DNA of 64,000 nucleotides from Candidatus Iainarchaeum sp. Its GTDB lineage: Archaea > Iainarchaeota > Iainarchaeia > Iainarchaeales > JAFGBZ01. The notes below the pieces were generated by a model. The model did no database searches, had not been told where the DNA came from, and was given only the letters and a program-made list of their open reading frames with translations. The DNA is taken from NCBI GenBank assembly GCA_043817715.1, contig JBDRGO010000007.1:15499-79498 (forward strand), in the 5' to 3' direction. Made by a program: the position numbers and the translations under genes. Of the stretch, positions 9,193 through 18,179 are shown piece by piece; position 1 is the stretch's first letter; the number at the start of each line of letters is the position of its first letter.

Positions 9193-12051
9193 TTATTTTG
9201 ATTTTAATTTAATGAAAAATTCCCTTTCAATTAATTTTTCTTTTTCCCCGTTTCCGTGAATTATTTTTGTATTTGTTTCTGATTCAATTTTTTCCTTAAA
9301 TGATGCAATGAAAGCTGAATCACTGCAGTTTAATTCCAATTCAGCTTTCTGGTCAGGGGTTAAATTTGCTTTTTTTCTTAAATCCTGAATCCTGCGCTTT
9401 AATTCCATAAATTCCCATTCATTTCTGAGTTCATCATCTGCCTCATTATTTAATGCAACAGAAATTTTTTCATCAACCTGCCTTGAAGGGAATTTCACTG
9501 CTTTCTTTGATTCAACTGCTTTTTTTACATTAACCATTTTCTGCATTAACAAAAGCGTTTTCGGAAATTCCTTTCCTGTTTTGGTTACAATAATTAATTC
9601 ATTCAACGGCCATCTCAATCGAAGCTTTAATTCTTCACGCAAACTTAATGCTGACTGAACAGCATCTTTTGCCTTAATGAATTCCTTTTCCAGTTCTTCA
9701 TCAATTAATGCATCATTTACTTTATTGAACTGAACCAAATGCACTGATTCCTCAAAATCAGATGCCTTTGCCTTTGAATAAATATATTCACTGAAATGAG
9801 GCGCAATCGGAGCCATTAATTTAACCAAGGAATAAATCACATAAGAAAAAACCCTGGATAATTCCTCCTGCGATACAGAAGAAGTTCTTTCCCTGATTAA
9901 TTTAATGTAATTCCTTGACAAATCCTCTAAAACAAATTCCTCAATTAACTGGGAAACTTTATTGTAATTGAATTTATTATAGCATTCAATGCATTCTTTT
10001 CCCAAAGAATTAATTCTGGACAAAATCCATTTGTCTTCAACAGGAAGCTTTTCCAGATTAACAGTGGGATTTTCCTCAAATTTCAAATCCAGATACATTG
10101 CACCGAAACTAATTGAATTCCATAAAATATTGAAGAAACGGTTAATGTCATCAAATGAATTCCATGAAAAAGAAATATCCTCCCCTTTCACTTCCCTTGC
10201 AATAAACCATCTCAAATAATCCCTGTTATACTTGTCAATGACTTCCTTTGGAGTAATAATGTTTCCCAAAGACTTGGACATCTTTTTTTTGCCTAAATCC
10301 AATACCATGCCATGCATGAAAATTGACTTGAACGGCTTTTTATCAAAACAAATAACTGAAGTAATTAACTGTGAATTCCACCATCCCCTGATTTGGTCTT
10401 TTCCCTCTAAATTAAAATCCGAGGGCCAGTATTTATTGAATAAATCAGCTTTGGCAGGATAACCTAATGAACCCCAAGAGCTTGCGCCTGAATCAAACCA
10501 TACATCCAGTACTTCCGGCACCCTGTTCATCTGCCCCTGGCATTTCTTGCATTTAATTTTTACTTCATCAATCCAGGGCTTATGCAAATCCAAATCACTT
10601 GAAGCAGAAGAAAATGACTGAAGTTCAGCAAGCGAACCAACAACCAATTGCTCCTTGCATCCTTCACAAACCCAAATCGGCAAAGGAGTTCCCCAATAAC
10701 GTTGCCTTGAAACAGGCCAGTCCCCTAACTGCTCTAACCAATTATTGAACCTGTCAAAGCCCCATGAAGGAACCCAATTAACTTCCTTATTTAATTCTTT
10801 AAGTCTTTCCCTTATCTCAGTTATGCGGAAAAACCACTGGTCTGAAGAAATCATTAATAAAGGGGATTTGCATCTCCAGCACACAGGATAATCATGCGTA
10901 AAAGGATGCTTAAACACCAAAGCATTATGTTTTTTTAAGTCCTCAATTATTTCCGCATCAACTGCACGGGCTTTTTTTCCCTTATATTTTCCTGCCTCTT
11001 CAAGCATTGTTCCGCTTAAATCAACAGGAGAAATTACAGGCAAACCAGCCTTTGTTCCTGCATCAAAATCCTCTTTTCCATGCCCGGGAGCAGTATGAAC
11101 CAAACCGGTTCCGGCAGTCAAATCAACATATCTTTCATTTAAAATAACTGTATGCAGATTAGGAAGCTTCGGCTTATTGAATTCTTTTTCCAATGAATCC
11201 AAATATTTTTTTCCTTCCAGTTCCGCACCCAAAAATTCTGATTCAATTGAATAACCTGCCTCAACTGCATCCATTAATTCCTGAATTCTTTCCTTTGCAA
11301 TAATCCATTTCTCTCCATTGGATAATTTTAATTTCACATAAGTGAATTTCGGATGAACCATTACCCCAGTGTTTCCAGGCAAAGTCCAAGGAGTAGTAGT
11401 CCACACAATTAAGTAAGTTTTCGGCTCATCAATTAATTCATATTTAAAATAAATTGATTCATCTGTCTGCTTTACATATTCAATTTCATTATATGCAACA
11501 GCGGTTTCACATGAAGGACAGGCATGAATCGGGTATTTTCCCAAATAAAGCAGGTTCTTTTCCTGCGCTTTCTTAAAAGTCCACCATAAAGCCTCAATAT
11601 ACTGATTATTGCAAGTAATGTAAGGATTATTCCAATCCATCCATACCCCTAAATTATCAAATTCATCATTCATTACATCAATGAATTCAGTTGCAAATTT
11701 CCTGCATTCCTTAATGAAATTCCCTACCCCGAATTTTTCAATGTCTTCCTTTGTTTTCAAGCCAAGCTTGCCTTGAACCTTATGCTCTATCGGCAAACCA
11801 TGAGTGTCATAACCAGGCTGGTCCAAGCAGTCAAAGCCCTGCATTCTTTTCATTCGAATTGAAAGGTCCTTTAAAATTTTATTCAATGCAGTGCCCATAT
11901 GAATATGCCCTGAAGCATAAGGCGGGCCGTCCATTAAGTAAAACGTTTTATTTCCTTCATGGATTTTCCTTGCTTTTCCAACAATATCCTTGCTTTTCCA
12001 GAAAGCACGGACTTCCTCTTCTTTTTCCCTTGAATAATTATCTATTTTCAT
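9193..12051 (-). CDS. ileS: Isoleucyl-tRNA synthetase
   Basis: 952 aa; NKILKD...GYD..GLPIE block shared with IleRS; KMSKS motif (KMSKSLGN); class I aaRS architecture. Confidence 0.9.
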   Translation of the reverse strand: MKIDNYSREKEEEVRAFWKSKDIVGKARKIHEGNKTFYLMDGPPYASGHIHMGTALNKILKDLSIRMKRMQGFDCLDQPGYDTHGLPIEHKVQGKLGLKTKEDIEKFGVGNFIKECRKFATEFIDVMNDEFDNLGVWMDWNNPYITCNNQYIEALWWTFKKAQEKNLLYLGKYPIHACPSCETAVAYNEIEYVKQTDESIYFKYELIDEPKTYLIVWTTTPWTLPGNTGVMVHPKFTYVKLKLSNGEKWIIAKERIQELMDAVEAGYSIESEFLGAELEGKKYLDSLEKEFNKPKLPNLHTVILNERYVDLTAGTGLVHTAPGHGKEDFDAGTKAGLPVISPVDLSGTMLEEAGKYKGKKARAVDAEIIEDLKKHNALVFKHPFTHDYPVCWRCKSPLLMISSDQWFFRITEIRERLKELNKEVNWVPSWGFDRFNNWLEQLGDWPVSRQRYWGTPLPIWVCEGCKEQLVVGSLAELQSFSSASSDLDLHKPWIDEVKIKCKKCQGQMNRVPEVLDVWFDSGASSWGSLGYPAKADLFNKYWPSDFNLEGKDQIRGWWNSQLITSVICFDKKPFKSIFMHGMVLDLGKKKMSKSLGNIITPKEVIDKYNRDYLRWFIAREVKGEDISFSWNSFDDINRFFNILWNSISFGAMYLDLKFEENPTVNLEKLPVEDKWILSRINSLGKECIECYNKFNYNKVSQLIEEFVLEDLSRNYIKLIRERTSSVSQEELSRVFSYVIYSLVKLMAPIAPHFSEYIYSKAKASDFEESVHLVQFNKVNDALIDEELEKEFIKAKDAVQSALSLREELKLRLRWPLNELIIVTKTGKEFPKTLLLMQKMVNVKKAVESKKAVKFPSRQVDEKISVALNNEADDELRNEWEFMELKRRIQDLRKKANLTPDQKAELELNCSDSAFIASFKEKIESETNTKIIHGNGEKEKLIEREFFIKLKSK

Positions 12052-12179
12052 TCTAAGCCCTTTTATAATTCATATAATATAATTAAACTCTTATAATTCA
12101 CCTTGAAAAGGAATAAAAAGGTTACAACAAAACAAAAAACAATAACTAACAAGCCACAGCAAAACAAAGAAATACAGGA

Positions 12180-13094
12180 ATGGACAATATTTCAATTACT
12201 ATGATTCTTCGCATAACTAAAGCAGTCCAAAACTTGTGGAACAGAACATTTAACAAGCCAATTAATTGGGTTGAATTTCATGCAAAAAGAACAGATGGCT
12301 GGTTTCAGACAGCAAAAAACATGTCAGAAAACCATGAAAAATTCATTCAGGCATTTAAGCCAAAAAAAGCATCTGAATCATTCAGCATTGAAATGATTAA
12401 CACAAAACATGAATCTGATTATGCTTTGGCATTAATTCCTGCACAAGCAATTGATTTCACTGAATCAATGCTTCCGCAATTAAAACTTGGAATGGATAAA
12501 AAAAGCAGAAGCATTATTGTTGAAGCAATCCAGTGCTCTGAAAAGGAACTGGCAAAAAAAATCAATGAAGAATTAGGTCAAAAAGGGCCGTGGGCTAATT
12601 TTCTTTTAAGGGAACTGGAAGATTATTCCAAAAAAAATAGATATGCACAAATTAAAATCCGCAAGCCTGAAACGCTTCACAATTACCATAAACCAATTAT
12701 TGCCCTGCCAGAAAAAGAAAGAAGAAAAGTTTACAGAAGACCCAAAGGAATAATTTCCAGATTAAAAAAAGCAGAAGAAAGTTCAGGAAAAAAAAATAAA
12801 AAAGTTGGTTTATCTCAAGAAGAAGCAGAAGCATTAAATGGAAATGAGACTATTAAAAAATTCATTACCGCAAGAAAGGAAGAAAACCAAACACATTTTG
12901 AATTAGACCCAAAAGTGATGAATGAATACAAATCAGAAAATAAACTGGAGAATGCATTGCTAGTCCTGATTTATTCGCATGCTGAAGAAAAAAGAAGAAA
13001 AGCAGTTCAGGAATCCATGCGCAAGCTTTATTATGGCACAGCAAGAGGATGCAATTATACGGAAGAAAGGGACTATTTTGTAAAAGAATTATAA
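12180..13094 (+). CDS. Hypothetical lysine-rich protein
   Basis: 304-aa ORF with normal codon usage; no recognisable domain. Confidence 0.3.
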   Translation: MDNISITMILRITKAVQNLWNRTFNKPINWVEFHAKRTDGWFQTAKNMSENHEKFIQAFKPKKASESFSIEMINTKHESDYALALIPAQAIDFTESMLPQLKLGMDKKSRSIIVEAIQCSEKELAKKINEELGQKGPWANFLLRELEDYSKKNRYAQIKIRKPETLHNYHKPIIALPEKERRKVYRRPKGIISRLKKAEESSGKKNKKVGLSQEEAEALNGNETIKKFITARKEENQTHFELDPKVMNEYKSENKLENALLVLIYSHAEEKRRKAVQESMRKLYYGTARGCNYTEERDYFVKEL

Positions 13095-13135
13095 TTGACC
13101 GAAAAGATTTAATAAAAAATAAGGAATAGTTTAAT

Positions 13136-14173
13136 ATGATTAAATTAATCAGCATTAAAACGATTCATGAAAGAATTCACAGAAACGAGGGCAATGTTCT
13201 CCTGACAGCCGCCCAAATCCAAAAACGCTATCCAAATGAAATACAACTACAAAAAGGAAACAGCTATGCCATAAGCAGGCATGTGCCCGAAGACATAGCA
13301 AATAAATTCATTGAAGAACAAATAGCGCTTAAAGAAGGAATCACGCATAATGATTTATGCAAAGAACTCGGCATTACTCCAAATTCAAAAAAAATGCCTC
13401 TCTTTAAAAACCAGCGGAGAAAAGCAGGAAGAATTATTTATTATAGCCAAGAAGATGCAGAAAAAATAAGAAAATATTATACAAGAAGATATGGCTGGCG
13501 CACCACTGATGAATTAGCAAAATTTTTAGGCGTGGATAAAACCGCAATCCTTATATTTTTTGAAAACCCTGAAAATGCCCAAAAATATTCCCATTTTATT
13601 AGAAGATATCCTAAAAAAAATGTTTTCAACCCTGAATTTTTTGAAGCTTATACCGGGGGAAACCGAAAAGAAGCATCTCAATTAGAAGAAGAAATAACTG
13701 AATATTACAATAATTTCGTAACAACAAGAACAAGAAATACACGCAAAAAAGGAATTGATAAAATTACAGCCCAGGATATTGAAGAAGAAATTAAACTGCT
13801 GAAAAAAAAATATTCCGCAAAAACAAGGGATGTTTCTTTCCTTGACAAGCTTGAAGAAGAAGACGAAAGCATAGACTCATTAGATGAAAGACTGCAAAAA
13901 GGCAACAAAAGAAAGCCGAAAACAAGGCCAGAAAGATTAAGACTCTATGCATTAATTCATTTTTGCAAAAGAAAAAGGCTTTTTGCAACTGAAGAAAAAT
14001 TAATTCAGATAGCAGTAACCTTTGGAATATTAAAAAACGACAGAGAATTCAAAACCATTATAACTGAATTAATTGATTTAGGCGCAATAAGCAAATCAAG
14101 AAAAGTAAATAAAAAAGCAACACGTGAACCGGCAAACAGACCATGGAAAGTATCCGAAAGATTTTTAGAATAA
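13136..14173 (+). CDS. Hypothetical protein with multiple HTH-like segments
   Basis: 345 aa; segments such as DELAKFLGVDKTAIL resemble HTH; K/R-rich. Confidence 0.3.
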   Translation: MIKLISIKTIHERIHRNEGNVLLTAAQIQKRYPNEIQLQKGNSYAISRHVPEDIANKFIEEQIALKEGITHNDLCKELGITPNSKKMPLFKNQRRKAGRIIYYSQEDAEKIRKYYTRRYGWRTTDELAKFLGVDKTAILIFFENPENAQKYSHFIRRYPKKNVFNPEFFEAYTGGNRKEASQLEEEITEYYNNFVTTRTRNTRKKGIDKITAQDIEEEIKLLKKKYSAKTRDVSFLDKLEEEDESIDSLDERLQKGNKRKPKTRPERLRLYALIHFCKRKRLFATEEKLIQIAVTFGILKNDREFKTIITELIDLGAISKSRKVNKKATREPANRPWKVSERFLE

Positions 14174-14236
14174 AAAAAAATTGATAAATCAAGCTACATC
14201 CGGCAAATTCTCTGATGCAAAATGGCAAGGAAAATT

Positions 14237-14311
14237 TGGAGATAGGCGGATTTGAACCGCCGACCCTTGGTGTATAAGACCAATGCTCTAGCCAGGCTGA
14301 GCTATACCTCC
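14237..14311 (-). tRNA. tRNA-Ile (anticodon UAU)
   Basis: The reverse complement folds as a canonical cloverleaf: 7-bp acceptor stem, GGCGG-TTCAAAT-CCGCC T-arm, anticodon stem UUGGU/ACCAA with loop CUUAUAC. No encoded CCA. Confidence 0.8.
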
Positions 14312-14367
14312 TTAAACTTTAATATTAAAAATCAACAAAAGTTTAAAAACAAAACAATTGCAGGGAA

Positions 14368-14748
14368 TTACTGTATGCCAGATTTTTCTGAAGGTTTTTC
14401 TTCCCTTGGAATTATTTCTTTGCTCAACATATTTTCAGTGTTTGCTTCAATGCTTTCCTGTATTTCAGTAATTTTTCCAAACCTTCCAATGTTTATCCTT
14501 AAAGAGTTTTTGAACAAAGAAGAAAAGCCGTTTTCCAGAGAATAATTTTTTCCTGCCAAAACCTGGCTTATTGTGTCATCCCATAAAGTCAGCAAAACCA
14601 TTCCAGAATCATCAGCGATTTTTGCTTCGCATACTTTATGATTTTTACTGTCAAGCTTTGACTGAACATCCCTTGATTCAGTTACTTCAATTGCTTTAAA
14701 TTTTAATTCAATTTTTTTCATATAAGGCCTTAATTCATTTATTTTCAT
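14368..14748 (-). CDS. OB-fold ssDNA-binding protein (SSB/RPA-like)
   Basis: 126 aa. LRPYMKKIELKFKAIEVTESRDVQSK...AKIADDSGMVLLTLWDD pattern matches crenarchaeal-type SSB OB-folds. Confidence 0.6.
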   Translation of the reverse strand: MKINELRPYMKKIELKFKAIEVTESRDVQSKLDSKNHKVCEAKIADDSGMVLLTLWDDTISQVLAGKNYSLENGFSSLFKNSLRINIGRFGKITEIQESIEANTENMLSKEIIPREEKPSEKSGIQ

Positions 14749-14902
14749 AATAAAATCACCAAATAAAAATAAAGCAAAAAGAATAAAAGAACCTTTTTTC
14801 AGGGAAAAAAAAGTTTGCGAAAAAAAACAAGAAAAAAAAGGAGAAAAAATAAAAAAAAGAGAAAAAAAATAAAAAAAATGAAAAGCCTGAAAAATGGCTT
14901 TT

Positions 14903-15571
14903 TTATTTCAAATCTTTTTTCATATCATCAACCAATTGCCTTGCTTCGTCCTTGAATGACAATCCAAAGCTTATTCCGACAATTATTGCAGCCATGAACA
15001 TGAATGTGCCGATTGCAATAAGGAACGCTGTTTCAAGCAATGCAACATCAAAGCCTGCATTTTTTAAACCAAGAACTGTTGCCAAAAACACAGTGATGAT
15101 ATAAACTGCTTTTGAAAGCACTTTCTTTTTCTTAAATGAAGTCTGGTTAATTTTGTTTTCAATTATTTTTGCTACAATCAAGCCCAAAACAACAAGAACA
15201 AGCGCCCCAAGAAGCTTTAACATCATGCTGTAAAGAGTTAATGAAAACACTTCAATTGTTTTGAATGGAATGAAACCTAAAGCCAGTGCAAATACAAAGA
15301 AAAATGTATACCACTTGACAAAGCTTCCAACAACGCTTGATAAAGGCAGCCCTCCGACAGCGCCAACCAAATTATGGTCTTTTGCCCAGTCATCAAGCTT
15401 CAATATATTAAGCACTTTGCTGACAATGCTTTTTAGAATTACACCCAAAAACCAGCCGACAATTATTACAATTATTGCCGCAACAAACCAGAAGCTCAAT
15501 CCTAAAAACTTCGGAACTTCAGCTGCAATAAACTCATTCAGTCCAATCTCAAACGGATTTGATATACCCAT
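14903..15571 (-). CDS. Integral membrane protein
   Basis: 222 aa with about 5 hydrophobic helices; an oligo-T run plus hairpin follows the stop. Confidence 0.4.
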   Translation of the reverse strand: MGISNPFEIGLNEFIAAEVPKFLGLSFWFVAAIIVIIVGWFLGVILKSIVSKVLNILKLDDWAKDHNLVGAVGGLPLSSVVGSFVKWYTFFFVFALALGFIPFKTIEVFSLTLYSMMLKLLGALVLVVLGLIVAKIIENKINQTSFKKKKVLSKAVYIITVFLATVLGLKNAGFDVALLETAFLIAIGTFMFMAAIIVGISFGLSFKDEARQLVDDMKKDLK

Positions 15572-15710
15572 AAATAAATCACCTGATAAACAAAATATTT
15601 TCTCATATATAAAGGTTATGTTTAATTGAAGAGTAGAAAAAAACTCAAAAAAATTAAAATAAATTTAAAAACTCAAAAAAATTAAAATAAATTTAACTTT
15701 TTTTAATTAA

Positions 15711-16256
15711 TTACGTTTTAATTAATTCATTTATTTTTTCAGACAAATCTTTTTTTGTTCCGCTATTCAGTAATTCATAATCAGCTAAAGAAATTAATTC
15801 AGTTAATCCTTTTTTTTGTGAGTCAATTTTGTCTCTTGAAAAAAATTCTTCTTTATTTTGAGGGTCAATATTGCTTTTTCTTTCAAATCTTTCATTTTGC
15901 TTAGCAGTGACTGCGACTAATTTTGCTTCAGGAAAAACCTCTTTAACTGAATAAAATTCTTCTTTGCTTCTTGCACCAACCAAAACCAAATTTGTTTCTT
16001 TTTCTTTATTTTCAGCTCTAAATGCTTTAACTTCCTTCAGTAATTCAATTGCAACTGCATTCATTCCTTTTAGTGCACGAAGTTCATCGCCTAATTTAAC
16101 TAAATTCATTTTAGTTGGCTCCAGATTTTTTTCTTTTGCCATTTTTACAAGAACATCAGAAAAAACAAATTTTTTGAAATTAAATTCTTTAATCAAATAA
16201 TCTGCTGCAGTGTCTTTTCCTGAACGAGCAAATCCAACTAATACAATGCATTGCAT
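15711..16256 (-). CDS. P-loop nucleotide kinase, UPF0200-like (predicted dephospho-CoA/adenylate-type kinase)
   Basis: Start moved to the internal Met MQCIVLVGFARSGKDT (P-loop); C-terminal LADYELLNSG resembles the UPF0200 archaeal kinase family. Confidence 0.5.
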   Translation of the reverse strand: MQCIVLVGFARSGKDTAADYLIKEFNFKKFVFSDVLVKMAKEKNLEPTKMNLVKLGDELRALKGMNAVAIELLKEVKAFRAENKEKETNLVLVGARSKEEFYSVKEVFPEAKLVAVTAKQNERFERKSNIDPQNKEEFFSRDKIDSQKKGLTELISLADYELLNSGTKKDLSEKINELIKT

Positions 16257-16392
16257 GAAGAAAATAAAGGAAGAAGAAATTAATAAATGTAATTCATAAG
16301 GCAATTGTTCAATACAAAAAACACATGTTCAATTAAATGAACAATAAAAAATAAAAAAAAGAAGCAGATAAAAAAAAGTAAAGGAATGATTA

Positions 16393-18048
16393 CTACATCA
16401 TTCCATCCATTCCGCCCATTCCTGGAGGCATTCCTCCAGGTGGTCCTGAGCTTCTGCTTGTTCCTGCAACAATATCGTCAATGCGCAACAGCATTTCAGC
16501 CACTTCTGTTGCTGAAGTTACTGCCTGTTTTTTGATTGCAAGCGGTTCAATTACTTTCAATGCTTTCATGTCAGCAACTTTTCCTTTGTATACATCAATC
16601 CCCATGTATTTGCCTGTTTTTCCTTGGTGCTTTGAACGCAAATCAACTAATGCATCAATTGCATCCATTCCAGCTGATTCAGCCAGGGTTCTGGGAATTA
16701 TTTCAAGTGTTTCAGAAAACAATTCAATTGCCAGCTGCTCTCTTCCGCCGACTGTTTTTGCATAATCCTTTAATTTCAGTGAAACTTCCATTTCGCTTGA
16801 GCCTCCTCCTGAAACAACTTTGCCTGATTTAATTGAAGAAGTAACTGCTCCGATTGCATCAACCATTGCCCTTTCTGCTTCATCAATTACATGCTCTGTT
16901 CCTCCACGGATTAAAATTGTGACTGCTTTAGGATTTTTGCACCCTTCAACGAAAACCATTTGGTCTCCTGAAATTTTTTTCTCTGAAACCATTCCGGCTG
17001 TCCCTAAATGCTCTTTGCTTAATCCTTCCAAACGAGAAACAACTTTTCCGCCTGTTGCTTTAGCCAATGCATCCATGTCAGATTTTTTTACTCTTCTTAC
17101 TGCCATTATTCCTTCCTGTGCCAAAAAATGCTGTGCCATGTCATCAATTCCTTTCTGGCAAAAAATAACATTTGCGCCTGAATCCTTAACACGTGAAACC
17201 ATTTTCTGAAGCATTTTTTCTTCCTGATCCAAAAAAGCCTCTAACTGCATCGGGTCAGAAATCTGGATTTTTGTATCTGTTTCAGGGGATTTGATTTCCA
17301 AAGCAGAATCAATTAAGGCAATTTTTGCTTTCTCTAATTTTTTAGGCATTCCAGTATGGACAATTTCTTTGTCAATAACCAATCCTGAAATCATTTCTGA
17401 TTCAGCTAATGAAGCGCCCTGCTTTTTTTCCAGTTTAATCATGTCCTTGTCAATCACAGTTGCATTGTTTTCTGTTTCTGCAACCTGCATTACTGCTTTC
17501 ACAACCAAGTCAGCCAGTTCTTCTGCTGATTCAGCTGCTTTTCCAGTCATTGAAGTCAAGGCAATTTCCTTTAATGCCTTTTTGTCTTTTGCATCAATTT
17601 CATCACTTATTTCTTCAAAAAATTCAGCTGCTTTTTTTGCAGCCATTCTATATCCTTTAATTATTAATGAAGGATGTATTCCGTCATCCAATAATTTTTC
17701 TGCTTTTCCAAGCAATCCGCCTGCCAAAACAACTGCTGTTGTTGTTCCGTCCCCTACTTCATTGTCCTGTGTTTTAGCCAAATCAACCATCATTTTTCCC
17801 GCAGGATGGTCAATGCTCATTTCACTTAAAATTGTTGCACCGTCATTGGAAATTGTTACATCGCCTAATTCGTCAACAATCATTTTATCCATTCCCTTTG
17901 GACCCAAAGTGGATTTAACTGCATTAGCCACTGCCTTAGCAATTAAAATATTTATTCTTTGGGCATCCCTTCCCAAAACTCTTTTTGAGCCATCGCTCAA
18001 AAACATTACTTGCTGGTTCATTTGATCATTTTGTGCCATAAAAATCAC
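16393..18048 (-). CDS. ths: Thermosome subunit (group II chaperonin)
   Basis: 551 aa; GPKGMDKM, VTISNDGATIL and GGGSSEMEVS blocks; C-terminal GGMPPGMGGMDGMM tail. Confidence 0.95.
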   Translation of the reverse strand: MIFMAQNDQMNQQVMFLSDGSKRVLGRDAQRINILIAKAVANAVKSTLGPKGMDKMIVDELGDVTISNDGATILSEMSIDHPAGKMMVDLAKTQDNEVGDGTTTAVVLAGGLLGKAEKLLDDGIHPSLIIKGYRMAAKKAAEFFEEISDEIDAKDKKALKEIALTSMTGKAAESAEELADLVVKAVMQVAETENNATVIDKDMIKLEKKQGASLAESEMISGLVIDKEIVHTGMPKKLEKAKIALIDSALEIKSPETDTKIQISDPMQLEAFLDQEEKMLQKMVSRVKDSGANVIFCQKGIDDMAQHFLAQEGIMAVRRVKKSDMDALAKATGGKVVSRLEGLSKEHLGTAGMVSEKKISGDQMVFVEGCKNPKAVTILIRGGTEHVIDEAERAMVDAIGAVTSSIKSGKVVSGGGSSEMEVSLKLKDYAKTVGGREQLAIELFSETLEIIPRTLAESAGMDAIDALVDLRSKHQGKTGKYMGIDVYKGKVADMKALKVIEPLAIKKQAVTSATEVAEMLLRIDDIVAGTSRSSGPPGGMPPGMGGMDGMM

Positions 18049-18086
18049 TCCTTTTAAAACAAAAAAATTAGTTAATTTCTTGTGAA

Positions 18087-18103
18087 ATAATTGCTGGATA
18101 TAA
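18087..18103 (-). promoter_or_regulatory. Putative TATA box (TTTATAT) for the thermosome gene
   Basis: Minus-strand TTTAAACATTTATATCC about 55 nt upstream of the thermosome ATG; AGGAGTGA RBS follows. Confidence 0.3.
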
Positions 18104-18179
18104 ATGTTTAAAAACCTGTACTTGCTGATGGATATAGGTGTTGGGTTTTATGAGAGTTAATTTTAATTTAAAAAAAATT

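Noticed and set aside
12180-14236. Integrated mobile element at tRNA-Ile
   Set aside because: No integrase, no recognisable direct repeat of the tRNA 3' end, and the two ORFs have host-like composition. It is recorded only as a weak possibility.
14252-14545. 97-aa plus-strand ORF starting inside the tRNA-Ile
   Set aside because: It overlaps a well-folded tRNA and the SSB gene on the opposite strand; no RBS; spurious.
16481-18025. Plus-strand ORFs (94-244 aa) overlapping the thermosome gene
   Set aside because: They lie antisense within a highly conserved, clearly coding minus-strand gene, and their low-complexity S/A/F-rich translations are typical of antisense artefacts.
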